A stretch of 64,000 bases of DNA, taken from the NCBI RefSeq assembly GCF_001194135.2, contig NC_068981.1:178213947-178277946 (forward strand). Reading direction: 5' to 3'. Source of the DNA: Octopus bimaculoides (taxonomy: Eukaryota). The notes under the pieces are model-generated. The model had not been told where the DNA came from. It worked only from the letters and a program-made list of their open reading frames with translations, and did no database searches. Below are positions 52,545 through 64,000 of this stretch, in pieces. Position 1 is the stretch's first letter; each line of letters starts with the position of its first letter. A program made the position numbers and the translations under genes.

Positions 52545-52830
52545 AGCACCAGATTAAAGTAGACCTTTAATCAAAAGTATTCCAACTGTGCATAGCCTGT
52601 CTTTTTCCAAGGCACAGCACTCAAGATCATATTATCCAATGTGTCCATTTTTAAGACAGTAAAGAGTGAGCTGAAGACAGTTTGGCTGCTACATTTAGAA
52701 GATTAAATGACCATATAGAGGTTGGTTTATCGTCATTGTCTAGCCCAAAATCAGTCCTGATCCAGCACACCTATGATAAAAGGCAGACACGCTACGGCCA
52801 AGAATATATTAGATAATATAGTTCAAGGTA
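52545..52830. repeat. Unclassified interspersed repeat, partly duplicated in tandem
   Basis: Related in reverse orientation to 12525-12700; cc(t)ttaatcaaaag / cctatgataaaagg segments recur. Confidence 0.4.
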
Positions 52831-55104
52831 CTATGTACCTTGGATTATATTATTTGATATACTCTTTTCTAAGATTTAGCTATAATTTCTAGCAAGTTGC
52901 TCAACCACATTGGGATTCCTTAGCTATGAAAGTTTGTGGATTTGTTCTGTTCCCTCTTAAGAACAGTTTTATTTACAGCAGAATTACTTTTGAGAAAGGG
53001 GCAAATACTATAGCTTCCAGATTTTGTCTTTCATATCTGTAAAGCCTTTTTTTTTTTTAAAGATCCCATTTTTTTAAGAAATATAAAGTTTAAGAAAGAC
53101 AGCAGACAGTGCATTTCCATAACATTTTGAATAATTTGTTTATTCTTGAGCCTGATAAAGATAGAACCTCAATCAAAGGAAATGTAATCAAAAAGGAGTG
53201 ACAAATGACAGAGAAAATACATTTTTAGTAGTACTGCTACTCGTAATGTATGAGGCCAGTACCAAAGAATAGAGGTAAGATCTTCGCAAGTAGAGGGACT
53301 GTTACCCAGTTTTAATTCTAAGATGTAGCTTTTCGTTTCACTTGACTTTTTGAGGAAAGCATGAACATCACACAATCTCATTTGGACTTACCCATAAAAT
53401 CTGAAGTCTTGTGCTCATTCAAGGAATCAATATTTCCTGACTTACTGTAACCGATGGTAAAGTGCTACACTACATATACCCAGAATAGTAACTAGTTTGG
53501 TGTCTCCTATTTCTCAGTTCAACTCCAACATACAGCTTATGCTTCCATACCTCAGAAATTGACAAAATAAATATCCTTAATATACTCTGATTGAATCAAT
53601 TAACTAAACCCCTTTCCTTTCACGTAGCTCTTACGACTAATGAAACAAAATCAGTGTTATACTAACAAAGAAAATAAATGATGAAATTGTCGATAAATGA
53701 ATAGTTAGACGATTGGTTGTAACCATTTCTAATTAACTGAAACAAATATATTTCTTTATCTTTTAAATACATTTTTTCTTTCATTAGTCTTTCTCAGAAA
53801 GATGAAGTAATTCATCTACAAAAGAAAAAAATAGACCAAATCTTTGAAATATTTAATCATCTCCATATACAATGTCATTGATTTTTCTAGAAAACAGATT
53901 AAAAACTTCATAATAGTCAAAAGATACAATAACTATAATAAAAATGTTTAAAAACACTAATTGTTTTTGTTTACTAACTGACGCCTAAAAATGCTTTTGG
54001 AGCATTTTCAAGGAAATACCAAGAAATATTTCAACTTCAAATTAAGAAAAATAAATTTTTAAAATGTTCTTAAATGTTATCAAATTTTAATTAAAACAGT
54101 GACTGTTCAAACAGCAAATTTCTCTTCTTAATGGTTATCAAGCAACATGATTATGTATTCATTGCTCAGCAAAGTAAAAATCACAGTTCTTCAATATAGG
54201 AGCCTCTGCTCAGCTAATACAAATGGGAACTAAGTAATTGAAGGCTTTTATTATCAATATCTTCAATTTTAGCCAGTCAAGTATGATAAATACAATACAC
54301 AATGCTAGCAGGAAGCACTAAACTCAATTACTTCTATGTTGTTTATTGATTTTATCCCTGTCCACTGATATGATTAATATTAAGCTAGACTTACAGGATG
54401 GCCTGAGAAAAGTACAGATGAGAAGGAAACTATTTACTCAGATTCTTGCATGAAAAGCATTTGATACATTTCTGTGTGTAATTGTTTGTTTTTAGTCTTT
54501 ATCTTTTTTTTCTTTTTTTTAATTTTTAAGACTTAAGTAGCAATTTTAAAACATTTCAAACTAAATGGCTTTTTGCGTGGGTGTGTCTGTATCAAGATTA
54601 ATTAACTAGCAATTAATTCGGAAATTATGTCACAAATATATTTTAGTAATAGTCATAAAGTAGATGAATAATGAAGAATATATAGTATAATCACCCATTT
54701 GTATATGCTTCACTGTATACGACATGTGTAGAATAAAATCCATACGCATATCATCATCATCATCATCATCATCATCGTTTAACGTCCGCTTTCCATGCTA
54801 GCATGGGTTGGACTGTTTCAATAATTTATGGTTTTGTTCAAAATGGACATAGGGTGTTTATATGCTTCTTGAATGTATTATGTCATTATGACATAATTTC
54901 CATAAGACTTGAATTCAAATCTGAACTATTTTCACTATGCCAGAAAAAGAAAATGAATTTAGTCCAAAAATTATTAATAACTATCACATATTATCTCTTC
55001 CCCTATCTTCCTCAAATGAAAATATAACAAATTAATTAATTGGCTATTTTTTCTATTACTCTATACTGACAATAGACAGAATTACTGAAACAGGCATAGA
55101 TTAC

Positions 55105-55642
55105 AGCCTATGCTGTAGCACCATCTTGAAGGATTTTAGTCAAACAAAAAGACCCCAGTACTTATTCTTTCATTCAGTCTCTTTTTGCAAAACCACAAAG
55201 ATGAAGGGATGTAAACAAACTAACACCATTTGTCAAGTAGAGGTGGGGGACAACTGCAAAAACATACACGATAGCTTTCTTTCAGTTTCTTTTTTCTTTA
55301 CTGCCCACGGGGGCTAAACATAGAGGGGACAAACAAGGACAGATAAAGGGATTAAGTCGATTATATCGACGCCAGTGCGTAACTGGTACTTATTTAATCG
55401 ACCCCGAAAGGATGAAAAGCAAAGTCGACCTCGGCGGAATTTGAACTCAGAACGTAGCGGCAGACGAAATACCGCTAAGTATTTCGCCCGGCGTGCTAAC
55501 GTTTCTGCCAGCTCACTGCCTTTCTTTCAGTTTCTATCTACCAAATTCCTTCACAAGGCTCTGGTTGGCTCAGGGTTATAGCAGAATACACTTGCTCAAG
55601 ACACGCAGGAAGATTGAACCCCATTGGTTGGAAGGCAAGCAT
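55105..55642 (-). mobile_element. SINE family B copy interrupted by a family A insertion
   Basis: Family B tail/body at 55105-55290 and CORE/head part at 55520-55642 are separated by the family A copy. Confidence 0.75.
55291..55522 (-). mobile_element. Young CpG-rich SINE family A copy with a distinct tail
   Basis: Retains many CpGs (gtcgacctcggcggaatttgaactcagaacgtagcggcagacg); flanked by a duplicated ctttctttcagtttct. Confidence 0.88.
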
Positions 55643-56514
55643 NNNNNNNNNNNNNNNNNNNNNNNNNNNNNNNNNNNNNNNNNNNNNNNNNNNNNNNNNN
55701 NNNNNNNNNNNNNNNNNNNNNNNNNNNNNNNNNNNNNNNNNNNNNNNNNNNNNNNNNNNNNNNNNNNNNNNNNNNNNNNNNNNNNNNNNNNNNNNNNNNN
55801 NNNNNNNNNNNNNNNNNNNNNNNNNNNNNNNNNNNNNNNNNNNNNNNNNNNNNNNNNNNNNNNNNNNNNNNNNNNNNNNNNNNNNNNNNNNNNNNNNNNN
55901 NNNNNNNNNNNNNNNNNNNNNNNNNNNNNNNNNNNNNNNNNNNNNNNNNNNNNNNNNNNNNNNNNNNNNNNNNNNNNNNNNNNNNNNNNNNNNNNNNNNN
56001 NNNNNNNNNNNNNNNNNNNNNNNNNNNNNNNNNNNNNNNNNNNNNNNNNNNNNNNNNNNNNNNNNNNNNNNNNNNNNNNNNNNNNNNNNNNNNNNNNNNN
56101 NNNNNNNNNNNNNNNNNNNNNNNNNNNNNNNNNNNNNNNNNNNNNNNNNNNNNNNNNNNNNNNNNNNNNNNNNNNNNNNNNNNNNNNNNNNNNNNNNNNN
56201 NNNNNNNNNNNNNNNNNNNNNNNNNNNNNNNNNNNNNNNNNNNNNNNNNNNNNNNNNNNNNNNNNNNNNNNNNNNNNNNNNNNNNNNNNNNNNNNNNNNN
56301 NNNNNNNNNNNNNNNNNNNNNNNNNNNNNNNNNNNNNNNNNNNNNNNNNNNNNNNNNNNNNNNNNNNNNNNNNNNNNNNNNNNNNNNNNNNNNNNNNNNN
56401 NNNNNNNNNNNNNNNNNNNNNNNNNNNNNNNNNNNNNNNNNNNNNNNNNNNNNNNNNNNNNNNNNNNNNNNNNNNNNNNNNNNNNNNNNNNNNNNNNNNN
56501 NNNNNNNNNNNNNN

Positions 56515-56572
<58 letters not shown>

Positions 56573-56604
56573 ACATACATATGTGTGTGCATACACATAT
56601 ATGG

Positions 56605-57040
56605 TTGAGCCTGAAAGCTTGACCATTATGTAAACCTCCTCAAGGAATGTGAAGACAGGCTGGAAAGCAAAGCATTTTCCAATTGAAGTCAGATGTAGAT
56701 GATTTGTTGGACACAGTGTGAGGCAACTGTTGTTATTGTAAGGCCTAACTCATTGCAAAGTAGATACTACCATGACCAATATCCAAACTACAGTGGCAAA
56801 GGCTAGCCACTGGATTTGGTTAAAAAGAGATGATGAGCGGTGGCTAGAATATAGAGCTTTATTTGATAACCAGATGATCTAGCAAGTGGGGCCCCATACC
56901 AGTGAGTGGGAGCCGGTGTGCATTGATGCTGTCGAGAGAAACAGCATGCATTCTCTCCTGATGACCCTATACTTTTGCTGGCTTCTGGTATGCAGAGCTT
57001 TTGACTGGTAGCACTTGCATGTGCAAGTTGTTTACAGATC
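56605..57040 (+). mobile_element. HERO-like RLE non-LTR retrotransposon 3' end
   Basis: KLDHYVNLLKECED / GWKAKHFPIEVRCR*FVG..TTVAKASHWIWLKRDDERW resembles the GWxxxxFPxEVGCRGF...ASxWxWLKR C-terminus; one frameshift and two stops; microsatellite flanks. Confidence 0.75.
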
Positions 57041-57041
57041 C

Positions 57042-57098
<57 letters not shown>

Positions 57099-57507
57099 CA
57101 TACATCTATGTGTGTACATACATATATGTATGCATATATATGTAAGTATGTATGTAATTTATGTTCATTCACCGATTCATTCATGTCCATTTTCCTTGCT
57201 AACAAGAGTGACACAAATATATTGTTGAGGTATTATTTCAGAGCCAGACACTCTTCCAGTTATCTAACACCTATTTCTCAAGTAGAACACCTTGTATTTC
57301 ACACTCCTTGTAGGGCACAAAGCAATCAGACAATTTGTTGACAGAAGTGACAACAAGTCCAACGTTTGTAGCTCACAACTTCTGATGTACAAAAATGTAA
57401 ACAAATACATGGATGATGGACTTTTTTTAACTTCCTATCTACCAAATTCAGTCAAGGAGTTGTAATTATAAACATATGTAAACACATATATACAATACAC
57501 ATGTGTA

Positions 57508-57543
<36 letters not shown>

Positions 57544-57634
57544 NNNNNNNNNNTATATAGCTTTTACATTCAATTATAATAAAAAAAAAATTTACATTAA
57601 TTTGAAGGGTTACCCTACTAAGTACAAATTTATC

Positions 57635-57757
57635 ATTCTTAAACAAGAATATTATTGACAGTAACTTTGAAGTTTTGGCCAGTTAAGCATCATCGGACAA
57701 TGGCTCAGCTGGGGGAAAACTTTGAAGTCATTGTCAACAATATTCTTATTTAAGAAT
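57635..57757. repeat. Imperfect fold-back element
   Basis: 42-bp arms (57635-57676 / 57716-57757) with 6 mismatches, all transitions; GC-richer 39-bp spacer. Confidence 0.8.
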
Positions 57758-57824
57758 CATATACATACATATATACATATAGATAATTATATACACATTT
57801 ATACATATTTATCATAACTCAGTC

Positions 57825-58030
57825 TTAAAAACCACTTTTCCATGCTTGCATGGATCAAAGTTTATTGAGACAGGTTTTCTATGGCTGGGTGCCCTTCCTG
57901 TTGCCAACCGTCACCTGTTTTCAAGCAACGTAATTTTTCCCCATGGTTAGACATATTTTTGCAGAATATTGGAAATGAATGACACAGCTTGTAAACAGAG
58001 AAGCATATTTACAACTCATCACCAAAGTCA
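57825..58030 (-). mobile_element. RTE-type tail of a family B SINE
   Basis: ccacttttccatgcttgcatgg...ctcacctgtttt homologous to 4185-4380. Confidence 0.7.
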
Positions 58031-58084
58031 AGACAAAGATACATACGTGTGTATATATACATATATAAAAATATATATATATAA

Positions 58085-58141
<57 letters not shown>

Positions 58142-58788
58142 NNNNNNNNNNNNNNNNNNNNNNNNNNNNNNNNNNNNNNNNNNNNNNNNNNNNNNNNNNN
58201 NNNNNNNNNNNNNNNNNNNNNNNNNNNNNNNNNNNNNNNNNNNNNNNNNNNNNNNNNNNNNNNNNNNNNNNNNNNNNNNNNNNNNNNNNNNNNNNNNNNN
58301 NNNNNNNNNNNNNNNNNNNNNNNNNNNNNNNNNNNNNNNNNNNNNNNNNNNNNNNNNNNNNNNNNNNNNNNNNNNNNNNNNNNNNNNNNNNNNNNNNNNN
58401 NNNNNNNNNNNNNNNNNNNNNNNNNNNNNNNNNNNNNNNNNNNNNNNNNNNNNNNNNNNNNNNNNNNNNNNNNNNNNNNNNNNNNNNNNNNNNNNNNNNN
58501 NNNNNNNNNNNNNNNNNNNNNNNNNNNNNNNNNNNNNNNNNNNNNNNNNNNNNNNNNNNNNNNNNNNNNNNNNNNNNNNNNNNNNNNNNNNNNNNNNNNN
58601 NNNNNNNNNNNNNNNNNNNNNNNNNNNNNNNNNNNNNNNNNNNNNNNNNNNNNNNNNNNNNNNNNNNNNNNNNNNNNNNNNNNNNNNNNNNNNNNNNNNN
58701 NNNNNNNNNNNNNNNNNNNNNNNNNNNNNNNNNNNNNNNNNNNNNNNNNNNNNNNNNNNNNNNNNNNNNNNNNNNNNNNNNNNNNNNN

Positions 58789-58835
<47 letters not shown>

Positions 58836-59258
58836 ATATATATCATGATGGACTTCTTTCAGCTTCTGTCTACCATATCTCTACCTACAAGGTTTTAATC
58901 AGTCTTTTTTAATTATCTACCTTTTATAAGAAAATAAATGTAATTATGGGAAAAGAAACATTTATAAAGAAGAATTGTTAATATCCATGATGACACATAT
59001 GTCAAAGATAATGCAATCTCAGACATCCTATTTCCATCGCCTGATACAACATTGTGAATTTTTTTTAAGAAATACAATAACTCTTGTAATGTACTTCAGA
59101 ATAATGTAAGTACCCTTTCACAGAATAACTATCTGAACACTATTCTTCATATACAGTGTATCAAACACAAAATATATATTTGAATGTGATCCAATGATGG
59201 AACCAAAATATGTGTTACATCCTGCCAGACAGTTATACTGTTCACATTCATGCTAGAA

Positions 59259-59500
59259 CAGGGGTCCCCAACTACTGGACTGCAGACCAGTGCCATGCCA
59301 CACATAAACAATACCTCTTTTAAATTTTGTTTCTATTTTATTGATTATTGCTGTCTGCAGGGTGCCTCTATATTATATATGTAATAATTAAATTATATAT
59401 TATGCACTTCATTGTGTTTTTTTGTGAGTCATTCTTGGTCCATGGATAAAAATTGTCTTGCATAAAATAAATCAATGGTGCAAAAAATGGTTAGGACTTA
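59259..59500. mobile_element. hAT-like MITE, diverged
   Basis: Left TIR caggggtccccaac; degenerate right end aaaatggttaggac. Confidence 0.5.
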
Positions 59501-60104
59501 AAACTGGTCCACCATACTGTTTGCAACACCATTTTACAAGAATTTAAATGTCCTTAAAATATTAATTAACACATTGCATTATACATTTCATAAATTTTTT
59601 TCTTCTTTTACTTATTTCATTAGAAAAATAACAAAATTTCAACAAATACCCTGCCTTATCTGTAGCTACTACGTTTTTGGCCCAAGTTGGCTTTCAACCC
59701 ATTTGTCCTTTGGATAGTATGCTTTTGACAAATGTGTTTTAGATGAATATTCTTAAACCCAACACAACTAAGAGCAGACATTACATTTTAATCTTACAGA
59801 AGTCGTTATAATTTTTTCAGACTTCTTCTGTATCAGATTCATCTATTTGTTTTTACAACCATCTTCCATACCAGCATGGGCTAGATAAATATATTATTGA
59901 AGGCTTCTTTCATAGCAGAATGTGCTTCCTGCTGCTAACCCTTATGTATTTTCCAAATAAGAAATGTCTTATTCCTTAATACTTTAAGGGTGCAAAGCCA
60001 GTGAATAAACCACTGACAGGAGATTTGACAACATTAATATTTGCACTTGAAGGATTTTTGGAAGAGTAAAAATGTAAACAAATACACATAAACATATATA
60101 TATA

Positions 60105-60157
<53 letters not shown>

Positions 60158-60595
60158 NNNNNNNNNNNNNNNNNNNNNNNNNNNNNNNNNNNNNNNNNNN
60201 NNNNNNNNNNNNNNNNNNNNNNNNNNNNNNNNNNNNNNNNNNNNNNNNNNNNNNNNNNNNNNNNNNNNNNNNNNNNNNNNNNNNNNNNNNNNNNNNNNNN
60301 NNNNNNNNNNNNNNNNNNNNNNNNNNNNNNNNNNNNNNNNNNNNNNNNNNNNNNNNNNNNNNNNNNNNNNNNNNNNNNNNNNNNNNNNNNNNNNNNNNNN
60401 NNNNNNNNNNNNNNNNNNNNNNNNNNNNNNNNNNNNNNNNNNNNNNNNNNNNNNNNNNNNNNNNNNNNNNNNNNNNNNNNNNNNNNNNNNNNNNNNNNNN
60501 NNNNNNNNNNNNNNNNNNNNNNNNNNNNNNNNNNNNNNNNNNNNNNNNNNNNNNNNNNNNNNNNNNNNNNNNNNNNNNNNNNNNNNNNNNNNNNN

Positions 60596-60637
<42 letters not shown>

Positions 60638-61209
60638 TAGATGCATGCACATTAATGTGCATATATAATTATATGCATACATATCTATACATACACACAC
60701 ACATACATACATGACTATCCCTGCCTGTCCCCTTCATAACCCACACTAATCCCTTCCCTTTCACCACTCCCTTCCATAACCCCTCCCCCATTATTGTCTA
60801 CAGTTACTCTTTGCACTACTACCCTCTCACAACTAAAAATCTGCTCCTCTTGTGATATTTACCTCCCCCATTCCACCTTCTTTACCAGCCTACCCAGAAA
60901 TATTGCACAAACATCCTTATTCTCTTTCGGTTACTTTTGCAAATTACAAGGCTGCTGCAACAAAACAAGCACCGAACACACTCTGCAAAGTGGTTGTCGT
61001 TAAGAAGGACATCAAGTCATAGAAACTGAAAAGCCATGCCAACGGATATTGAAGCATAACATAGTCAGTCTTCTGACTCATCAGATTTCACTAAGCAGTC
61101 CAACCTATGTCAGCACGTACATATATATATATATATTATATCCTAACATTTTTACTATACTATATATATATACTCTCTCTCTCTCTCTCTTTCTTATGAC
61201 TGAATGAAA

Positions 61210-61532
61210 TAGGCTGTGTGGTAGGAAGCTTGTTTACTAACCACATAGTTCTGGGTTCAGTCCCACTGCAGGGCACCTTAGGCAAATGTCTTCTACTCCT
61301 CAGGCCAACCAAAGCCTTGTGAGTGGATTCGGTAGACGGAAACTGTAAGAAGCACGTTGTGTGTGTGTGTGTGTGTGCGTGTCTCTTTGTGTCTGTATTT
61401 GTCCCCAACCACAGCTTGGCAACCAGTGTCGGTCTGTTTACACCCCTATAACTTAGCGGTTTGACTGAAGAGACCAGTACAATAAGTACCAGGCTTAACA
61501 AAAAATGAATGGGGTTGATTCATTCAACTTCA
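61210..61532 (+). mobile_element. SINE family B copy
   Basis: ggctgtgtggtagg head, ggttcagtccc box, CORE-like segment. Confidence 0.8.
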
Positions 61533-61555
61533 AATTTCTCAAGGACCAACAACAC

Positions 61556-61812
61556 TGCTTGTAAGGTGGTGACACTTATTTACAACTATCATGCAATGCC
61601 AAAACAAGGAGACAGAGGCACACACATGCATGCACACATACACATACACACACAACAGGCTTCTTCCAGTTTCCATCAATAAATCCTCTAACAAAGGTTT
61701 GGTCAGCCCAGGGCTGTAATAGAGGACATTTGCCCAAGATGCTGAACAGGAACTGAACCTGAAACCATGTGGTTGGGAAACAAACTTTTTAACCATTCAG
61801 TCATACTGCCAC
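61556..61812 (-). mobile_element. SINE family B copy, inverted relative to its neighbour
   Basis: Reverse-complement head and CORE-like segment (gaggacatttgcccaagatgc...gaacctgaaaccatgtggttggg). Confidence 0.72.
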
Positions 61813-61899
61813 CTCACACCCACATGTACATGTATGTACATGCAACTGTGAACATGTGTGTATTTGTGTGTGTGTGTGTATGTGTGCACGCACGCATGT

Positions 61900-62145
61900 G
61901 TGTGTGTTTGCACCTCCCTGTGTTGACATTGCATGACAGCTGTAAACTGCATCACTGTCATATAAGCAGTGTCCAGCTTCAGGGAAATATTACCTTGCTT
62001 GGAAACAGATGAGAGTTGATGACAGGAAGAGCATCTGGTCATACAAAAATCTGCTTCAGTAAGTTCTGTCTGACCTATGCAAGCATGGAAAAGTGGACAG
62101 TAATGGAAAAGTGGACAATAAAAAGTTGATGATGAGGATGATGCA
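61900..62145 (+). mobile_element. RTE-type SINE tail
   Basis: aatattaccttgcttggaaacag...gcaagcatggaaaagtggac...gatgatgaggatgatg. Confidence 0.7.
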
Positions 62146-62482
62146 TACTTACATAAATATATATAAATATAATAAATACATGCATACATTTATATACATA
62201 GAAATATATTCATATATTTATTACATATTAATGAATATATATATATATAAACATAAATATGTGTATTTATGTATGCATAGACATATATAAGACACTTTAT
62301 GCATAACATCTAATGTCTATAAATAATATACATATAAATATATATAATATTTATAATGTACATAAATTGTATGTATAATATATATACACTTGTCTATATA
62401 ATGTATAATTGCATGTACACAATATATAATATAAAAATGTATGCGTATACATATGTACTTAAGTATGCATATGAGTGTGTGT

Positions 62483-62513
<31 letters not shown>

Positions 62514-62584
62514 CAATTATAATATTGTATACAATACATATATTAGATATCATCTAAATATATATGCAAATATGTTACACATAT

Positions 62585-62653
<69 letters not shown>

Positions 62654-63034
62654 GGCGTAGTTGTTGTGTGGTAAGTAGCTTGCTTACCAACCACATGGTT
62701 CTGGGTTCAGTCCCACTGTGTGGCATCTTGGGCAAGTGTCTTCTACTATAGCTTCGGGCCGAGAAAAGCCTTGTGAGTGGATTTGGTAGACGGAAACTGA
62801 AAGAAGCCTGTCGTATATATGTGTGTGTATGTGTTTCTGTATCTTTGCCCTCCCAACATCGCTTGACAACAGATGCTGGTGTGTTTACGTCCCCCCGTAA
62901 CTTAGCGGTTCGGCAAAAAGAGACCGATAAAATAAGTACTAGGCTTACAAAGAATAAGTCCTGGTGTCGATTTGTTCGACTAAAGGCGGTGCTCCAGCAT
63001 GGCCACAGTCAAATGACTGAAACAAGTAAAAGAA
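62654..63034 (+). mobile_element. SINE family B full-length, relatively young
   Basis: Closely similar to 38623-39057 and retains CpGs. Confidence 0.9.
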
Positions 63035-63118
63035 TATATGTATGTAATATATATATATATGTAAATATATACAAGTATATATACATATGCATAATATATA
63101 CAAGTATATATACATATA

Positions 63119-63187
<69 letters not shown>

Positions 63188-63244
63188 ATGTATGTATTAT
63201 GCATATATATATATATGTATATTACATGCATATATATGTATAGA

Positions 63245-63366
63245 GTTGTTCCCATTAAGAAGGGACGTAGACATTGAAGCATGATGGAGACTCCTGGCTT
63301 GTTGGGTCTTTCAAACTGTCCAACCCATGCCAACATGGAACATGGACGTTAAATGATGATGATGAT
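63245..63366 (+). mobile_element. RTE LINE 3' fragment
   Basis: cattaagaagggac...ccaacccatgccaacatggaacatggacgttaaatgatgatgatgat. Confidence 0.75.
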
Positions 63367-64000
63367 ACATATGTATGTATATCTGTATGTATACACGCAC
63401 ACTTACACAAACAAAAGAATGGTGATAGCTGTATTTGATTAGTTATTTCGTGAACTGTCGGCAACATCTATAGGAAGAGTGTGTATAAAATTATTACTCT
63501 GTAAAGTTTAAAGTATTGACTTTGAACTGAAATACTCTCCTGATCCTAGGGACCACAGTAGATTAGCCGTTACTTTCCCTAAAATAGACATTCTCTTAAG
63601 TGGTTACCTGATCAATTAATTAATAACCAAGTAGGCTGCTGGGAACTGGTGGTTACCTCTCTCAGCCAGATTTATACATCTTAACTTCCCTATAATAACT
63701 TCGCCAAGTCTACAATATAATTATAGTAATGTGACCCAGTTTCTTCATTTCATTTGTTCTTTTTTTTTTTTGTATGTATGTATGTTAATTATTTACAGAA
63801 TACTCTGAAACTATTTCAATGGTGAGAAGAAAAAAGTCTAAAACAACAACAAAAACGACACTTCTTGTCTATTTGAATAAATTAAAATATAACAGCTTAG
63901 TGGGGAAATTAGGAAACTATAACTGCATTCACCTAAAAGAAAAATCAATAACTGTCAAACATCTAGACCAATATCGTATCTGTGATTAAAAATTTAACTG

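Noticed and set aside
56920-56975. Hammerhead-like GAAA...CTGATGA in the HERO-like UTR
   Set aside because: Stem III and the NUH cleavage triplet cannot be formed.
61055-61090. Hammerhead-like CTGATGA followed by a gtcag/ctgac stem on the minus strand
   Set aside because: The required GAAA after stem II is absent (tatg), and the segment is a decayed RTE tail.
4801-63467. Phase-compatible chain of small minus-strand exon candidates
   Set aside because: Frames were chosen after the fact and the joined peptide resembles no protein I recognise; not reportable as a gene.

Overview
AT-rich eukaryotic genomic DNA, intronic or intergenic, with dense (CA)n/(TA)n/(TAA)n/(TACA)n microsatellites and ten N-gaps totalling roughly 3.9 kb. 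It is most likely from an octopus (coleoid cephalopod) draft assembly; this is inferred from the SINE families and composition, not from a search. I recognise no host protein-coding gene: almost all ORFs in the supplied track are translations of microsatellites, SINEs or N-gaps, and only weak splice-site-bounded exon candidates remain. No rRNA, tRNA gene, CRISPR or prokaryotic feature is supportable. The recognisable content is transposable elements. Retroposons: at least three tRNA-headed SINE families, an internally deleted RTE LINE with many 3' fragments, a CR1/L2-like RT remnant present in both orientations, two restriction-like-endonuclease (RLE) non-LTR 3' ends (R4/Dong-like and HERO-like) embedded in microsatellites, and a (TAA)n-embedded retroposon family. 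DNA elements: a Tigger/pogo transposase remnant and piggyBac-, hAT- and Tc1/mariner-type MITEs. The most interesting signals are microsatellite-associated RLE retroelements, modular SINE tails shared with the RTE LINE, SINE target-site duplications beginning AATAT, a nested SINE insertion with a TSD, and several fold-back hairpins including a perfect 60-bp inverted repeat. Element boundaries were read by eye and are approximate.
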